Positions 35,748-45,805 of a stretch of 50,415 bases of DNA are shown here, piece after piece. The notes beneath the pieces are model-generated. The model worked only from the letters and a program-made list of their open reading frames with translations, was not told the origin of the DNA and did not search any database. Positions within the stretch are counted from its first letter, which is position 1; the number at the start of each line of letters is the position of its first letter. Made by a program: the position numbers and the translations under genes. This DNA comes from Candidatus Delongbacteria bacterium (lineage in GTDB: Bacteria > UBA4055): NCBI GenBank assembly GCA_007124045.1, contig SLFX01000034.1, positions 1 through 50,415 of the forward strand, given 5' to 3'.

Positions 35748-36932
35748 ATGAGAGATCAGAAAATAAAAATAGCTTTTTTGATACCGGAACTTTCAGGCGG
35801 AGGCATTTGTGCTACCGCGATCAATTTGTACAGAAACCTGAATCCTGAAATTTACGATATAATTATTGCAGCCTATGATTCAGTAAGATCTTGTGAAGCC
35901 GACCCCTGCATAAAAACGGTGTCTTTCGGACTTCCTTCCACCCGGGGAGTTCTTAAGCGCATTAGAAGAACTGTTGCAGTATATTTTAAGGTAAAGAAAT
36001 TCAAAAAGAAGTTTAATCCGGATATTACACTAAGTTTTAAGGATAACGCAAATCTTATAAATCTCTTTACCAGGCATAACGACAAGATATTAATGTCGGT
36101 ACATACAACGCCTTCTGCCGATTATAGAGGATTACACGGATATTTGTATAAATTTATGATCAGGTCTTTTTTTCGCAGATCCGACATGATCATAACAGTT
36201 TCAGACGGAATAAAAAACGATATGATAACAAATTACGGGCTTGAACCACATCTTTTTCAAACCGTATATAACTCTATCGATCCGTCAAAAATTCAATTAA
36301 TGTCTGAAGAAGGTATCGAGCCGGAACTAAGTTGTTTGTTCTCAGGTGTAAACACAGTGATCTGTGTCGGAAGACTTACCAGAGCCAAAGGTCAGTGGCA
36401 CCTTATCAGAGCTTTCAAAGAAGTACTGAATGAATTCCCTGATTCTAAACTCGTGATTATTGGCGAGGGTGAAATGAGACCCTTCCTTGAGAAAACAATA
36501 CAAGATCTTGATCTGAGCAGGAATGTTTTTTTGACAGGTAACAGAAATAATCCTTATAAATATCTGAAAAGATCAGGTGTTTTTGTGCTTTCGTCAATTT
36601 ATGAGGGATTCGGGATAGTCATAGTTGAAGCTATGGCATGTGGTCTGCCGGTAATATCAACGGACTGCAGATCAGGTCCGGGCGAGATACTGCGTGACGA
36701 AAGCGGAAACACATACGGATTGCTGGTTGATCCTCCCGACGGTATTTGCTATGACGGCAACTCACCGGCAACTAAAGAAGAAATGGATCTTTCAAAAAAA
36801 ATCCGTATGCTTATCAGAGACAGGAATCTGGCAGAAAAATACAGGGATTTGTCAAAGAAAAGATACCCTGATTTTTCAACAAATACAATAATGCCTCAAT
36901 GGGATAAAATTTTTAAAAAGATCACAGGATAG
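35748..36932 (+). CDS. GT-B (GT4-type) glycosyltransferase
   Basis: 394 aa. Motifs: CVGRLTRAKG, VLSSIYEGFGIVIVEAMACGLPVISTD. Confidence 0.85.
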   Translation: MRDQKIKIAFLIPELSGGGICATAINLYRNLNPEIYDIIIAAYDSVRSCEADPCIKTVSFGLPSTRGVLKRIRRTVAVYFKVKKFKKKFNPDITLSFKDNANLINLFTRHNDKILMSVHTTPSADYRGLHGYLYKFMIRSFFRRSDMIITVSDGIKNDMITNYGLEPHLFQTVYNSIDPSKIQLMSEEGIEPELSCLFSGVNTVICVGRLTRAKGQWHLIRAFKEVLNEFPDSKLVIIGEGEMRPFLEKTIQDLDLSRNVFLTGNRNNPYKYLKRSGVFVLSSIYEGFGIVIVEAMACGLPVISTDCRSGPGEILRDESGNTYGLLVDPPDGICYDGNSPATKEEMDLSKKIRMLIRDRNLAEKYRDLSKKRYPDFSTNTIMPQWDKIFKKITG

Positions 36933-37877
36933 ATGTCTATGGTAAGTGAAATGGTGTCTGTAATAATCCCTACATATAAAAGACCGGAAATGCTGAAAAG
37001 GGCAATAGAGAGCGTGCTGAGTCAATCGTATGGCAATATAGAGATCATCGTAGTCGATGACAACTCCGGTGACGATACCGGAAAAACAGTTGAAAATTAC
37101 GGAGACAGAATAAATTTTTTGAAAAACACCCGGACATCCGGAGGTGCCGAAACAAGGAACAGGGGAATAGGTGTATCAAATGGAAAATACATTGCTTTTC
37201 TTGACGATGACGATGTGTGGAACAGTGAAAAGATCGCTCTGCAGGTAAATGAACTGGAGACTAATCCGGATGCCGTTCTCTGCACCTGCGGTCTCCGTGT
37301 AGTTTATGAAAAATCGGGACTGCAATATTATAATTTTCCGGGACTCAATAATACGGGTTTTAAAGATATGCTTCTAAACAACCGTGTCGGTATAACTTCA
37401 ACTGTTATGGTAAAAAGATCGGCACTGGACAGATCCGGGTGGTTTGATCCCGACCTTCCTGCCAGGCAGGACTACGACCTGTGGATAAGACTGAGCAAAG
37501 AGGGTTCATTCAGATCGGTCAACAGACCTCTGGTGGATTATTATATGCACGGATCGAAATCTCAAATTTCATCAAATATCAAAAAATATATGAAGGCTAA
37601 TGAAATAATCAGGAATAAACATTCTGAGTTCTATGAAAAATTTAACAGTTCGGAACTCAACATACTTAAAGCGGATAATTTTTTTCAGTATTCAACAATT
37701 GCTATTAACAATAATAAAAGATTATCGGCATTGAAATATATACTCCGGTCGATTATATTTAAACCATCTCTAAGAAATATAGTCCTGATCTTCGCCTATA
37801 TTGCGGGAAAAAGATCATACATTCTGATAAAACAGATATACGGTAAAAGACAGAAGAGAAGGTATGAACAGATTTAA
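36933..37877 (+). CDS. Family 2 glycosyltransferase
   Basis: Motifs: VSVIIPTYKRPEML, VVDDNSGDDT, AFLDDDDVW and RQDYDLW. Confidence 0.85.
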   Translation: MSMVSEMVSVIIPTYKRPEMLKRAIESVLSQSYGNIEIIVVDDNSGDDTGKTVENYGDRINFLKNTRTSGGAETRNRGIGVSNGKYIAFLDDDDVWNSEKIALQVNELETNPDAVLCTCGLRVVYEKSGLQYYNFPGLNNTGFKDMLLNNRVGITSTVMVKRSALDRSGWFDPDLPARQDYDLWIRLSKEGSFRSVNRPLVDYYMHGSKSQISSNIKKYMKANEIIRNKHSEFYEKFNSSELNILKADNFFQYSTIAINNNKRLSALKYILRSIIFKPSLRNIVLIFAYIAGKRSYILIKQIYGKRQKRRYEQI

Positions 37878-39114
37878 CACTGTAGAAAAAAATATTGCGG
37901 GATTTCTTTCAAAACATCCCGGTATGAAGAAAAGAATAAAAAAATTCTACTCAGTACTGAATTATCTGATATATAAAAAAAATTACACCTCCAAGACGGA
38001 TCTTCCCATCCAAAAACTGCTTTCTGACGAAAGAAACGAATCATTTTTCGGCTACTACGATAAATCTCCTTTAAGCCCGGACGGAAAATATATAGCTTTT
38101 CACGAAACTAAAGGAATACATTCACAAAAGCCGCCTGATCCGGATAAACCGGTTTCGATCATGCTTTACGAAACAGAGAAAAAGGAATATAAAACTATCT
38201 CTTCTTCTGCGGCTTACAACTGGCAGCAGGGTTCAAGACTTATGTGGCTGAATAAGAACGAGATAATCTTCAATGATATAGAAAAAGGAATTTCCGTTTC
38301 CAGGATATTTGATGTCGCAGAAAACTCTTTAAGAACTGCCGGAAAACCAATATATGACTGTTTTGGCGACAAATACGCACTAAGTCTGTCCTTCGAACGA
38401 CTGAACATGACCGATCACGATTACGGATATTCCGGATTGCAGAACAGTAAAATTAAAAGCACCCGGGATGACGGAATAACATATACAGATATTAAAACAG
38501 GAAAAAGCAAACTTGTGCTGAGTTTGGATCAAGTCATAAAGCTGCATCGTCAAGACGGCTCTAAGGCAAAAGATCATTGCGTAAATCACATAATGATAAG
38601 TCCTGACGGCAAAAACTTCATTTTTATACACAGATGGTTCTGTTCAGGCAGCAGGTTTGACTCTCTGGTTATGTGTGATATAGAAGGAAAAAATATGCGA
38701 ATACTGGCTAATGACGGATTCGTAAGCCACTGCTGCTGGAACGGGAATGATAAAGTTGCAGGATTTTTTCACCATTCGTCTCACGGCAGGAATTTCTATA
38801 CTATTGACACTAAAACGGGTCAGATAAGACTGATGTCTGAAAAACTCACAGATTTCGGAGACGGGCATCCTTCTTTTTACGGAAAGAGAATGCTACTTGA
38901 TTCTTATCCTGACCGATCGAGAATGCAGAATCTGTATATATACAACGCGGATACTGACGGTGTTGAAAAAATCGGATCTTTCCTCTCACCTGTCAGATTT
39001 TTCGGAGAAACAAGATGCGATCTGCATCCGAGATGGTCAAATTGCGGTAATAAAGTTTTAATTGATTCCGTTCATGGCGGTAAAAGAGAACTCCGTTTGA
39101 TTTTTATAAAATAA
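37864..39114 (+). CDS. Hypothetical beta-propeller (TolB/PD40-like repeat) protein
   Basis: 416 aa. It has recurring SPDGK-type motifs (LSPDGKYIAF, ISPDGKNFIF) and a C-terminal HPRWS...LIDS. No signal peptide is obvious. Confidence 0.5.
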   Translation: MNRFNTVEKNIAGFLSKHPGMKKRIKKFYSVLNYLIYKKNYTSKTDLPIQKLLSDERNESFFGYYDKSPLSPDGKYIAFHETKGIHSQKPPDPDKPVSIMLYETEKKEYKTISSSAAYNWQQGSRLMWLNKNEIIFNDIEKGISVSRIFDVAENSLRTAGKPIYDCFGDKYALSLSFERLNMTDHDYGYSGLQNSKIKSTRDDGITYTDIKTGKSKLVLSLDQVIKLHRQDGSKAKDHCVNHIMISPDGKNFIFIHRWFCSGSRFDSLVMCDIEGKNMRILANDGFVSHCCWNGNDKVAGFFHHSSHGRNFYTIDTKTGQIRLMSEKLTDFGDGHPSFYGKRMLLDSYPDRSRMQNLYIYNADTDGVEKIGSFLSPVRFFGETRCDLHPRWSNCGNKVLIDSVHGGKRELRLIFIK

Positions 39115-39246
39115 TATAAATTCCTGCATTAAATTCATACAGTTTTTAAAACCGTCAGTTCACGAAACATTACTAATAATTTATCTGAAAAAATGGCTTT
39201 ACAATGTGTTATTAATTCGTTATAATTCAAATCAGGTTAAAATTAA

Positions 39247-40053
39247 GTGTATGTTGCAGTTATGGATGTAAAAGTACTCCTGCCAGTTTCTTCAGGAGAC
39301 AGACTCAAATATTTTAAATTGGCATTAAACAGTATTCTCACTCAGACTTACACCGACTTTGATGTTGTTGTCTGTATTGACGGGGTGATCAGCGAAGATA
39401 TTGAAACTTATCTGAAATCTACCGGCGATAAAAGAATAATAATAATGCAGAATGAGAAAAATATAGGTTTGGCCGCAACACTCAACAAGGCAATTAAATC
39501 CTATCCGGCTGATATTTATTTCAGGATGGACTCTGACGATATCTGCAGAAAGAACAGATTTAAAAGAACCCTCGAGGAATTCGATAATGATCATGAGCTT
39601 TTGCTAATCGGAACAGAATGTGTTGAGATAGACGATGAAGGTATGGAGATATTCTACAAAAAAATGCCCTATCAGTCACAGATAAAAAAATGGGCGATCT
39701 CCAGAAATCCTTTTATTCATCCCTCAGTGGCTTTCAGAAAAGAATTCTTTGAAAAAGTTGGATACTACAACGAAAATTTCCGCAAAAGCCAGGACTATGA
39801 ATTATGGGCAAGAGCAATAATTGAAAATATCAAAATGAACAATATCCACGAACCTCTCATATGGTTCAGGGTTTCAAACAAATTCTGGCGCAACAGAACA
39901 CTCAGAAGCAATGTCAGAAACGAATTGAAGGTTTCTTTCTTCCTGATAGGCAGGTTCAAGGGATATATTTACCTTCCTAAAATACTCTTTAAAGCACTTT
40001 TAAGGTTCATGCCGGTCTGGGTTAATAAATTCATGTATAAATACGGAAGATGA
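39247..40053 (+). CDS. Family 2 glycosyltransferase
   Basis: Motifs: VVVCIDGV, FRMDSDDIC and SQDYELW. The start is uncertain (GTG 39247 or ATG 39262). Confidence 0.75.
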   Translation: MYVAVMDVKVLLPVSSGDRLKYFKLALNSILTQTYTDFDVVVCIDGVISEDIETYLKSTGDKRIIIMQNEKNIGLAATLNKAIKSYPADIYFRMDSDDICRKNRFKRTLEEFDNDHELLLIGTECVEIDDEGMEIFYKKMPYQSQIKKWAISRNPFIHPSVAFRKEFFEKVGYYNENFRKSQDYELWARAIIENIKMNNIHEPLIWFRVSNKFWRNRTLRSNVRNELKVSFFLIGRFKGYIYLPKILFKALLRFMPVWVNKFMYKYGR

Positions 40054-41118
40054 TCAGTTTCCGAGACGGGACATTTTCGGCCTGAATTTAAGCTCGACTT
40101 CTCTTCCGGTCTCAGCAGATTCATATATTGCATTTATCAATTCGAGAGATTTTCTTCCCTCAAGGCCATCAACAAGTGCCTGTTTATTGTTTTCAATACA
40201 GTCTATCACATGCTCAATATATCTAATGTGCCCGAATCCGTAAACATTCGGCGGATTTTCAGCGAACTCCGAAAGGATTTTTAATCTTGCCCCGTCAGAC
40301 AGTCCGTTAAAATTCCATGTGACCATTTTATTAACTGCAAATCCTCCTATAACAACAGAACCTTTTTCTCCCAGGATACTCACCGATCCTTCAATATCAT
40401 GTGGTCTGGTGGCTGTTGTGGCTTCGATAATTCCCATTGCGCCATTTTCGAATTTTATTATTGCTGCGGCAGTATCGTCAACTTCGATATTTGACATAAA
40501 TGTTTCTGTTTTGGCCATAACAGAAACGGGTGTTCCGAGCATCCATTCAAGCAGGTCTATGTGATGTGATGCCTGGTTGGCAAGAACTCCCCCGTCATAG
40601 CGCCAGGTACCGCGCCATTCATCCATGTCATAATACCTCTGATCTCTGCACCATCTCACACGGACAGTTCCGAGGAATAATCTTCCGAAATCACCATTTT
40701 CCAATGCACTCCTGAGCTTTCTTACCGGAAGATTATAACGATTCTGCTTAACAACAAAAAGCCTGACAGAGTTCAGATCGCAGGTTCTTATCATAGCATC
40801 GGCGTCTGAAGTTCTAAGAGCCATTGGCTTTTCTACTATAATATGTTTTTTATATTTTTTCACTATGTCTATCGTATGTTCCGCGTGCATACCGGAAGGC
40901 GTAAGAATGTTAACTATATCAATATCTTCCTGTTCAAGCATACGGTCATACGAAAGGTAATAATTCGCAAGACCTGATCTTTCTGCGACCGAAGAAGCCC
41001 TTTCTTCATCTATATCGCAAACGGCCGCAAGTTCTGCCTTTTCAATATTCTTTACGGCTTCTATGTGCTTGGCGGAAATTCTTCCGCATCCCACAAGTCC
41101 GATCTTATATTTTTTCAA
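40054..41118 (-). CDS. Gfo/Idh/MocA-family NAD(P)-dependent sugar oxidoreductase
   Basis: 354 aa. Motifs: KIGLVGCGRISAKHIEA, EKPMAL and a C-terminal alpha/beta dimerisation domain. Its stop abuts the convergent GT2 stop. Confidence 0.85.
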   Translation of the reverse strand: MKKYKIGLVGCGRISAKHIEAVKNIEKAELAAVCDIDEERASSVAERSGLANYYLSYDRMLEQEDIDIVNILTPSGMHAEHTIDIVKKYKKHIIVEKPMALRTSDADAMIRTCDLNSVRLFVVKQNRYNLPVRKLRSALENGDFGRLFLGTVRVRWCRDQRYYDMDEWRGTWRYDGGVLANQASHHIDLLEWMLGTPVSVMAKTETFMSNIEVDDTAAAIIKFENGAMGIIEATTATRPHDIEGSVSILGEKGSVVIGGFAVNKMVTWNFNGLSDGARLKILSEFAENPPNVYGFGHIRYIEHVIDCIENNKQALVDGLEGRKSLELINAIYESAETGREVELKFRPKMSRLGN

Positions 41119-41241
41119 TCTTCCGACCTCCCGAATTTATGTTTCAAGATAACTAAAGTTTCATAAAAAATAAAGTGAATAAAATTACTTGTATTTTTTT
41201 CTGTTTTTGCATAAATTCAACAATTAAAACGGAGGTAAAAC

Positions 41242-41709
41242 TTGCTTTATCTCGTTTACGCTACCCTTCTGGCATGGATTTTTATGGTTGTGTATAATTA
41301 TCAATCCCATAAAAGATACATAGTCAGAAATAAAGTTAAGTTCTACGACATACTCGAAGAAAACTATTCAAATAAAGGGAAAATAAAGATCGATGACTCG
41401 GTTTTCTTCTCATTCACACCTGAAAGCATAGAAAAAAGAGAGTTTTCAAAGTATCTTAATCTGGGAAAATTAAAATACATCCTTCAGGATACAACCCAGA
41501 TCATGTTTTCTGTAGTTCTGATTTTCGCATTGGCCTACAGTCTTGAATATGTTCCGTTTTTCAAACCTGACTGGGAGGTTATTGAAAAAGAGTCTGTATG
41601 GCATCTTATCCTCGCAGGATATGTCATTTGTCTGGCAGATGCTTACTCAAAAACAAAAAAATACGATCATGTTATAAGATCATGGCTTAAAACTAAGAAA
41701 CAGTCATAG
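41242..41709 (+). CDS. Hypothetical membrane protein
   Basis: 155 aa. TTG start preceded by GGAGG. An N-terminal and two later hydrophobic segments. No recognisable family. Confidence 0.45.
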   Translation: MLYLVYATLLAWIFMVVYNYQSHKRYIVRNKVKFYDILEENYSNKGKIKIDDSVFFSFTPESIEKREFSKYLNLGKLKYILQDTTQIMFSVVLIFALAYSLEYVPFFKPDWEVIEKESVWHLILAGYVICLADAYSKTKKYDHVIRSWLKTKKQS

Positions 41710-42496
41710 CAACACCGCACTTTCTGACATATTCATAAATAAATACAGATGCGCAGTTCGATACATTCAGTGAGTTTTTTGTCCCTCTCATTGCTATAGA
41801 TAAAAAATCATCACACAATTTTAGAGTATCTGAACAAATACCGATTTCCTCATTTCCGAAAATAATTGCAGTTTTTGGCACAAAACTATAATTTTCAATA
41901 TCTTTTGATCCGTAACCGGTCTCAGCAGCAATTATCATGTATCCCGATTCCTTCAGATCTTTGACCGCATCCGCTGTTTTTTCTGTAACACTTATCATTA
42001 CTTTCTTTTCTGATCCCATTGCTGTTTTTATCACTCCAGGTTTTTCAGGTCCGGGAGTAATCCCGGTCAGCATAAGTTTTTTTACTCCGAAACATTCACA
42101 TGACCTGATTATCGATCCTACATTGTGAGCGGATCTTAAATTCTCAAGTATTATCACCAGCTCCGTTTTTTCCGAGCGCGGTTGTTCAGAATCGTTCGAA
42201 GATTTAATGAATTTCGATGCGGGAACGGGAAAACCGAAATGATCTTTGATTTTATGATAAAGGAAATGTGCTTTTTCGGCCTTAATCCGGATTTTCTTTT
42301 CATTTAAAACATCAGAAAGCTCTTCTATAAAGAGTTGTCCATTAAAATCCCGTAGATACAGGCAATACTTCTCAAGAATATTCTGATCGAAAGTTTTTCG
42401 GTTAAGCAGGCAATCTCTTAATCTTTGAAGCTCATCAGCGATCCGGAAGTACCGTGTTATCTCTTTGAGTTTTATAAATTTCGCTCTGCTCAGCAT
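41693..42496 (-). CDS. SpoU/TrmH-family RNA 2'-O-methyltransferase with an N-terminal extension of about 110 aa
   Basis: The C-terminal half has LENLRSAHNVGSIIRS, IIFGNEEIGI and SLNVSNCASVFIYE (SPOUT knot motifs). Confidence 0.8.
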   Translation of the reverse strand: MLSRAKFIKLKEITRYFRIADELQRLRDCLLNRKTFDQNILEKYCLYLRDFNGQLFIEELSDVLNEKKIRIKAEKAHFLYHKIKDHFGFPVPASKFIKSSNDSEQPRSEKTELVIILENLRSAHNVGSIIRSCECFGVKKLMLTGITPGPEKPGVIKTAMGSEKKVMISVTEKTADAVKDLKESGYMIIAAETGYGSKDIENYSFVPKTAIIFGNEEIGICSDTLKLCDDFLSIAMRGTKNSLNVSNCASVFIYEYVRKCGVAMTVS

Positions 42497-42511
42497 TATT
42501 GTTTCATCTGA

Positions 42512-43684
42512 TTATCTGAAAATTATTATAGCAGGCAGAATAAAGAAAAGTACCGCGAGAAAACCGACAGCCCATAATCTGTTCTTTCTGACTTTTTCGG
42601 CAAACCATCCTGCTGTTCCTATCGGAAGCATTTTTAAAGGCACAAAAACTATCGCACCAAAAAAATTGAAAAGCGTGTGTGACAGCGCAATGCTTATTCC
42701 GGCCGGATTTCCGGTTACCATAGAAGCAAGTATACCTGTTATTGTTGTTCCGATATTTGAACCCACGGCATAGGGAAATATCTGATCAAGTGATACGATC
42801 CCCGCGCCCGCAAGCGGAACTATCAGAGATATTGTTATTCCCGAAGATTGCACCGATAGTGTGAACAGAAGACCAAAGATAAAAGCAGTTACAAAATTTC
42901 TGAAAACAAATTTATGAAGTATCCTTTCAAATTTACCTATGAGAAGTTTTTTCATGGTGGCTGACATATATCTCAAGGATGTAAAAAGCAATGCCAGTGC
43001 AATTATCAGCATAACCGCAAGAAGCAGACCGTCATATACCGGATATACAGCAGTTTTATCGGCAACCGTGTGTTCTGCAACGGGGTTTCCAAGCAAACGG
43101 GCAACTGTGTTCTCAATGTTGTAGGCTGCAGATTTCACCAGAACATCGAGAGGTGAATTGAATTTTACCGCCGAACCCCCAAGCAGAAGCTCCGTTAAAG
43201 TTTTTGCGCTTCTTCCAATAAATCCTGTCATTACTTCAAGAGGAAAAAAAACAAGCACGCACATACAATTGAAAATATCGTGAACCACTGCTGCGGCAAA
43301 TGACCTGGGGAATTCGATCTTGCTCCGTACCTGACCAAAAGCTACAAGCATACAGGTGATCGAAGATCCGATATTCGCCCCCATTATCATTGGTACCGCG
43401 CTTTCAAAACTAAGAGTACCTGCACCTACAAAAGCAACTATTATTGATGTAGTAGTGCTTGAGGAACACATCAGTGCTGTAGTTATAATCCCGATGAATA
43501 AAGCGGTAAAAGGATCGTTAGCGGCATTTTGTATCAGGCTCGCTGTATTATCGGCAAAATAATGCTTGAATATTTCTCCAAGAAGCTTGATGCTCAGCAG
43601 AAAAAGCCATAAGAAAATCAGCATCTGAATTACTCTGAAAAGTGTATCGTGTTTTTTTAAACTTGATTTTAATATATTCATCAA
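42512..43684 (-). CDS. Na+/phosphate cotransporter family protein (NptA-like), copy 2
   Basis: 390 aa. Duplicated Na_Pi_cotrans repeats: SSSTTTSIIVAFVGAG...MGANIGSS and QSSGITISLIVPLAGAG...VGSNIGTT. Confidence 0.85.
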   Translation of the reverse strand: MMNILKSSLKKHDTLFRVIQMLIFLWLFLLSIKLLGEIFKHYFADNTASLIQNAANDPFTALFIGIITTALMCSSSTTTSIIVAFVGAGTLSFESAVPMIMGANIGSSITCMLVAFGQVRSKIEFPRSFAAAVVHDIFNCMCVLVFFPLEVMTGFIGRSAKTLTELLLGGSAVKFNSPLDVLVKSAAYNIENTVARLLGNPVAEHTVADKTAVYPVYDGLLLAVMLIIALALLFTSLRYMSATMKKLLIGKFERILHKFVFRNFVTAFIFGLLFTLSVQSSGITISLIVPLAGAGIVSLDQIFPYAVGSNIGTTITGILASMVTGNPAGISIALSHTLFNFFGAIVFVPLKMLPIGTAGWFAEKVRKNRLWAVGFLAVLFFILPAIIIFR

Positions 43685-43687
43685 TAA

Positions 43688-44383
43688 CTATTCATCATCT
43701 TTAATGTCTTCATCCCCTACATAATATCCGATCTTATCTATCGGGTTTGTAACAGATGTCGAAATATTCATAAGGTGGGAACAAATCCTTTTAAGGTACC
43801 TGAGCAAAAGCGCATAAGACGCATAGTTGACATTCAAAGGCGGTTCTATAGAAACTATATCGATCAAATCCGCATCTATCCTGTTTTTAATTTCAAAATG
43901 CCTGTCAATAACACTGGATGCCATTTGTTCATCTCCGTTCTTGAATGCTTTCAGCGTATTGATAAAAAGATACTGGGTATCCAGAGAATATTTCTCCATT
44001 TTCTTATTCCACTCTTCATCTTTCAGCATTTTCTTACTTTCGGCTATCTCTGAAATGTTCTTACTGTAATCACCTATCCTCTCCAAGTTGTTCACTATAG
44101 TTATAAGAACGAATGCTGTATAAAGCTGCTGCTCTTCCTTATCGTTTATTGCTATATGTTCAAAGACTTTTTTTCTGATCGACCTTTCAAAATGGTTTAT
44201 CAGATAATCCTGTTTTCTTACTTCTTCTATCTGATCATGAGTAACATCGATTTTTGAATTGAATACCAGGTCTATGACATGATTGTACTGTTTTAATGAA
44301 ACCGCACCCATTTCGTGGGTATCGTTCAGACCCTGGGTCAAAAGGTCCTGTTTGGACAGCATTTTAAAGAATTGTTTCAGCAT
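43688..44383 (-). CDS. PhoU-domain protein
   Basis: About 232 aa from ATG 44383, which is preceded by AGGAG. Two helical PhoU-like repeats with ERIGDY and RICSHL motifs. The longer track ORF (to 44488) would overlap the upstream gene. Confidence 0.7.
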   Translation of the reverse strand: MLKQFFKMLSKQDLLTQGLNDTHEMGAVSLKQYNHVIDLVFNSKIDVTHDQIEEVRKQDYLINHFERSIRKKVFEHIAINDKEEQQLYTAFVLITIVNNLERIGDYSKNISEIAESKKMLKDEEWNKKMEKYSLDTQYLFINTLKAFKNGDEQMASSVIDRHFEIKNRIDADLIDIVSIEPPLNVNYASYALLLRYLKRICSHLMNISTSVTNPIDKIGYYVGDEDIKDDE

Positions 44384-44424
44384 TTTAAACTCCTGCTTTT
44401 TCTTGAAATTTAAACAAAAATCTT

Positions 44425-45582
44425 TTAAAAGAAAATGAAAATCCCGGGCAATATGAAGAAAAATACCAGCAGAAAAACAAGTGCCCATAATCTGTTATCC
44501 CTTACTTTTAACGAGAACCATTTAGCCAATCCTACAGGAACACTCCTGAATGGCACCAGAATGCAGGCACCATACAGGTTGAAAAGAGTGTGTACGAATG
44601 CGATACTGATAGCACTGGGATTCCCTGTAACCAGAGATGCCAGTATTCCAGTAACAGTTGTTCCTATATTAGCTCCGACAGTGTAAGGAAATATCTGTTT
44701 TAGAGACAGTATTCCTGCTCCGGCAAGTGGTACTACGAGTGATATAGTAATGGATGATGACTGAACAGATACCGTAAACAACAAACCGAAAATGAAAGAA
44801 GTTAAAACACTGCTGAAAACATATTTGTGGATTATTCTTTCAAATTTGCCGATAAGAAGTTTCTTCATTATCCTCGACATCGAATTAAGAGACATGAAAA
44901 GCATACCAAGTGCTATTATCAGCATTACTGTCAGGAGAAAACCGTCGTATGAAGGATAATAACTGATTTTTCCCATAACCTCATGAGCTTCGGGTGAATA
45001 TCCTAACATGCCTGCTACTGAATTTTCTATAAATCCGGATGCCGGTTTTACAATATCATCGAGAGGTGAGTTGAATTTTACACCGGAAGTTCCCACGAAC
45101 ATCTCCGTAAAAAATCTGGCAGATTTGGCAATTATTCCCGTTGAAAGCTCTATGGGCAGAAAAACAAGAACCGCGAACAAGTTGAAAAAATCGTGTACTA
45201 TAGCCGCGGCAAACGATCTGTGAAATTCAAGTCTATTCCGAACCTGACCGAAAGCGACTATTATACCTGTTACCGATGTGCCGATATTCGCTCCCATTAT
45301 CATTGGTATCGCATTTCCGAAAGAGAGAGTTCCGGCGCCGACAAAAGCAACTATTATAGAAGTCGTAGAGCTTGAGGACTGGATTACAGCTGTCGTGAGT
45401 ATTCCTATAAATAACGATACCACCGGATTACTTGTCGCCATTTCGACCATTCCGGGTACATCGGCACTGAAGAAATGTTTAAAAATATCGCCCATAAGTT
45501 TTATGCTCAGAAGGAAAAACCAGAGCGAAACAGCCATATAGCCCGATTTCGCTACAACTCCGTATTTTACTTTAATGCTCAT
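44425..45582 (-). CDS. Na+/phosphate cotransporter family protein (NptA-like), copy 1
   Basis: 385 aa, collinear with and highly similar to copy 2 (for example SSSSTTSIIVAFVGAGTLSFGNAIPMIMGANIGTS). Confidence 0.85.
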   Translation of the reverse strand: MSIKVKYGVVAKSGYMAVSLWFFLLSIKLMGDIFKHFFSADVPGMVEMATSNPVVSLFIGILTTAVIQSSSSTTSIIVAFVGAGTLSFGNAIPMIMGANIGTSVTGIIVAFGQVRNRLEFHRSFAAAIVHDFFNLFAVLVFLPIELSTGIIAKSARFFTEMFVGTSGVKFNSPLDDIVKPASGFIENSVAGMLGYSPEAHEVMGKISYYPSYDGFLLTVMLIIALGMLFMSLNSMSRIMKKLLIGKFERIIHKYVFSSVLTSFIFGLLFTVSVQSSSITISLVVPLAGAGILSLKQIFPYTVGANIGTTVTGILASLVTGNPSAISIAFVHTLFNLYGACILVPFRSVPVGLAKWFSLKVRDNRLWALVFLLVFFFILPGIFIFF

Positions 45583-45805
45583 AGTTTTCCCTATTGATAA
45601 AGTTTAGTCGGTCATTATTTTCGGGATGATAAATTTAACAACGCAGGAAGACTTATGCAAATAATAATTTGGCATTATTACAGGTAAAAATTCGTTTGCT
45701 AAAGTATGCTGTTTGGGTTATATTATCGTGCGTTTTGAATGGCTGTAAAAGTGAACAAAAGCGTTTATTGCCGAGTTTATGTAAAAAAATGATCCGGGAA
45801 ACTGC

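Noticed and set aside
44384-44488. The long form of the PhoU-domain ORF, overlapping the upstream nptA by 64 nt
   Set aside because: The internal ATG 44383 has an AGGAG Shine-Dalgarno and removes the overlap. The extra N-terminal residues are hydrophobic read-through of the nptA 3' region in another frame.
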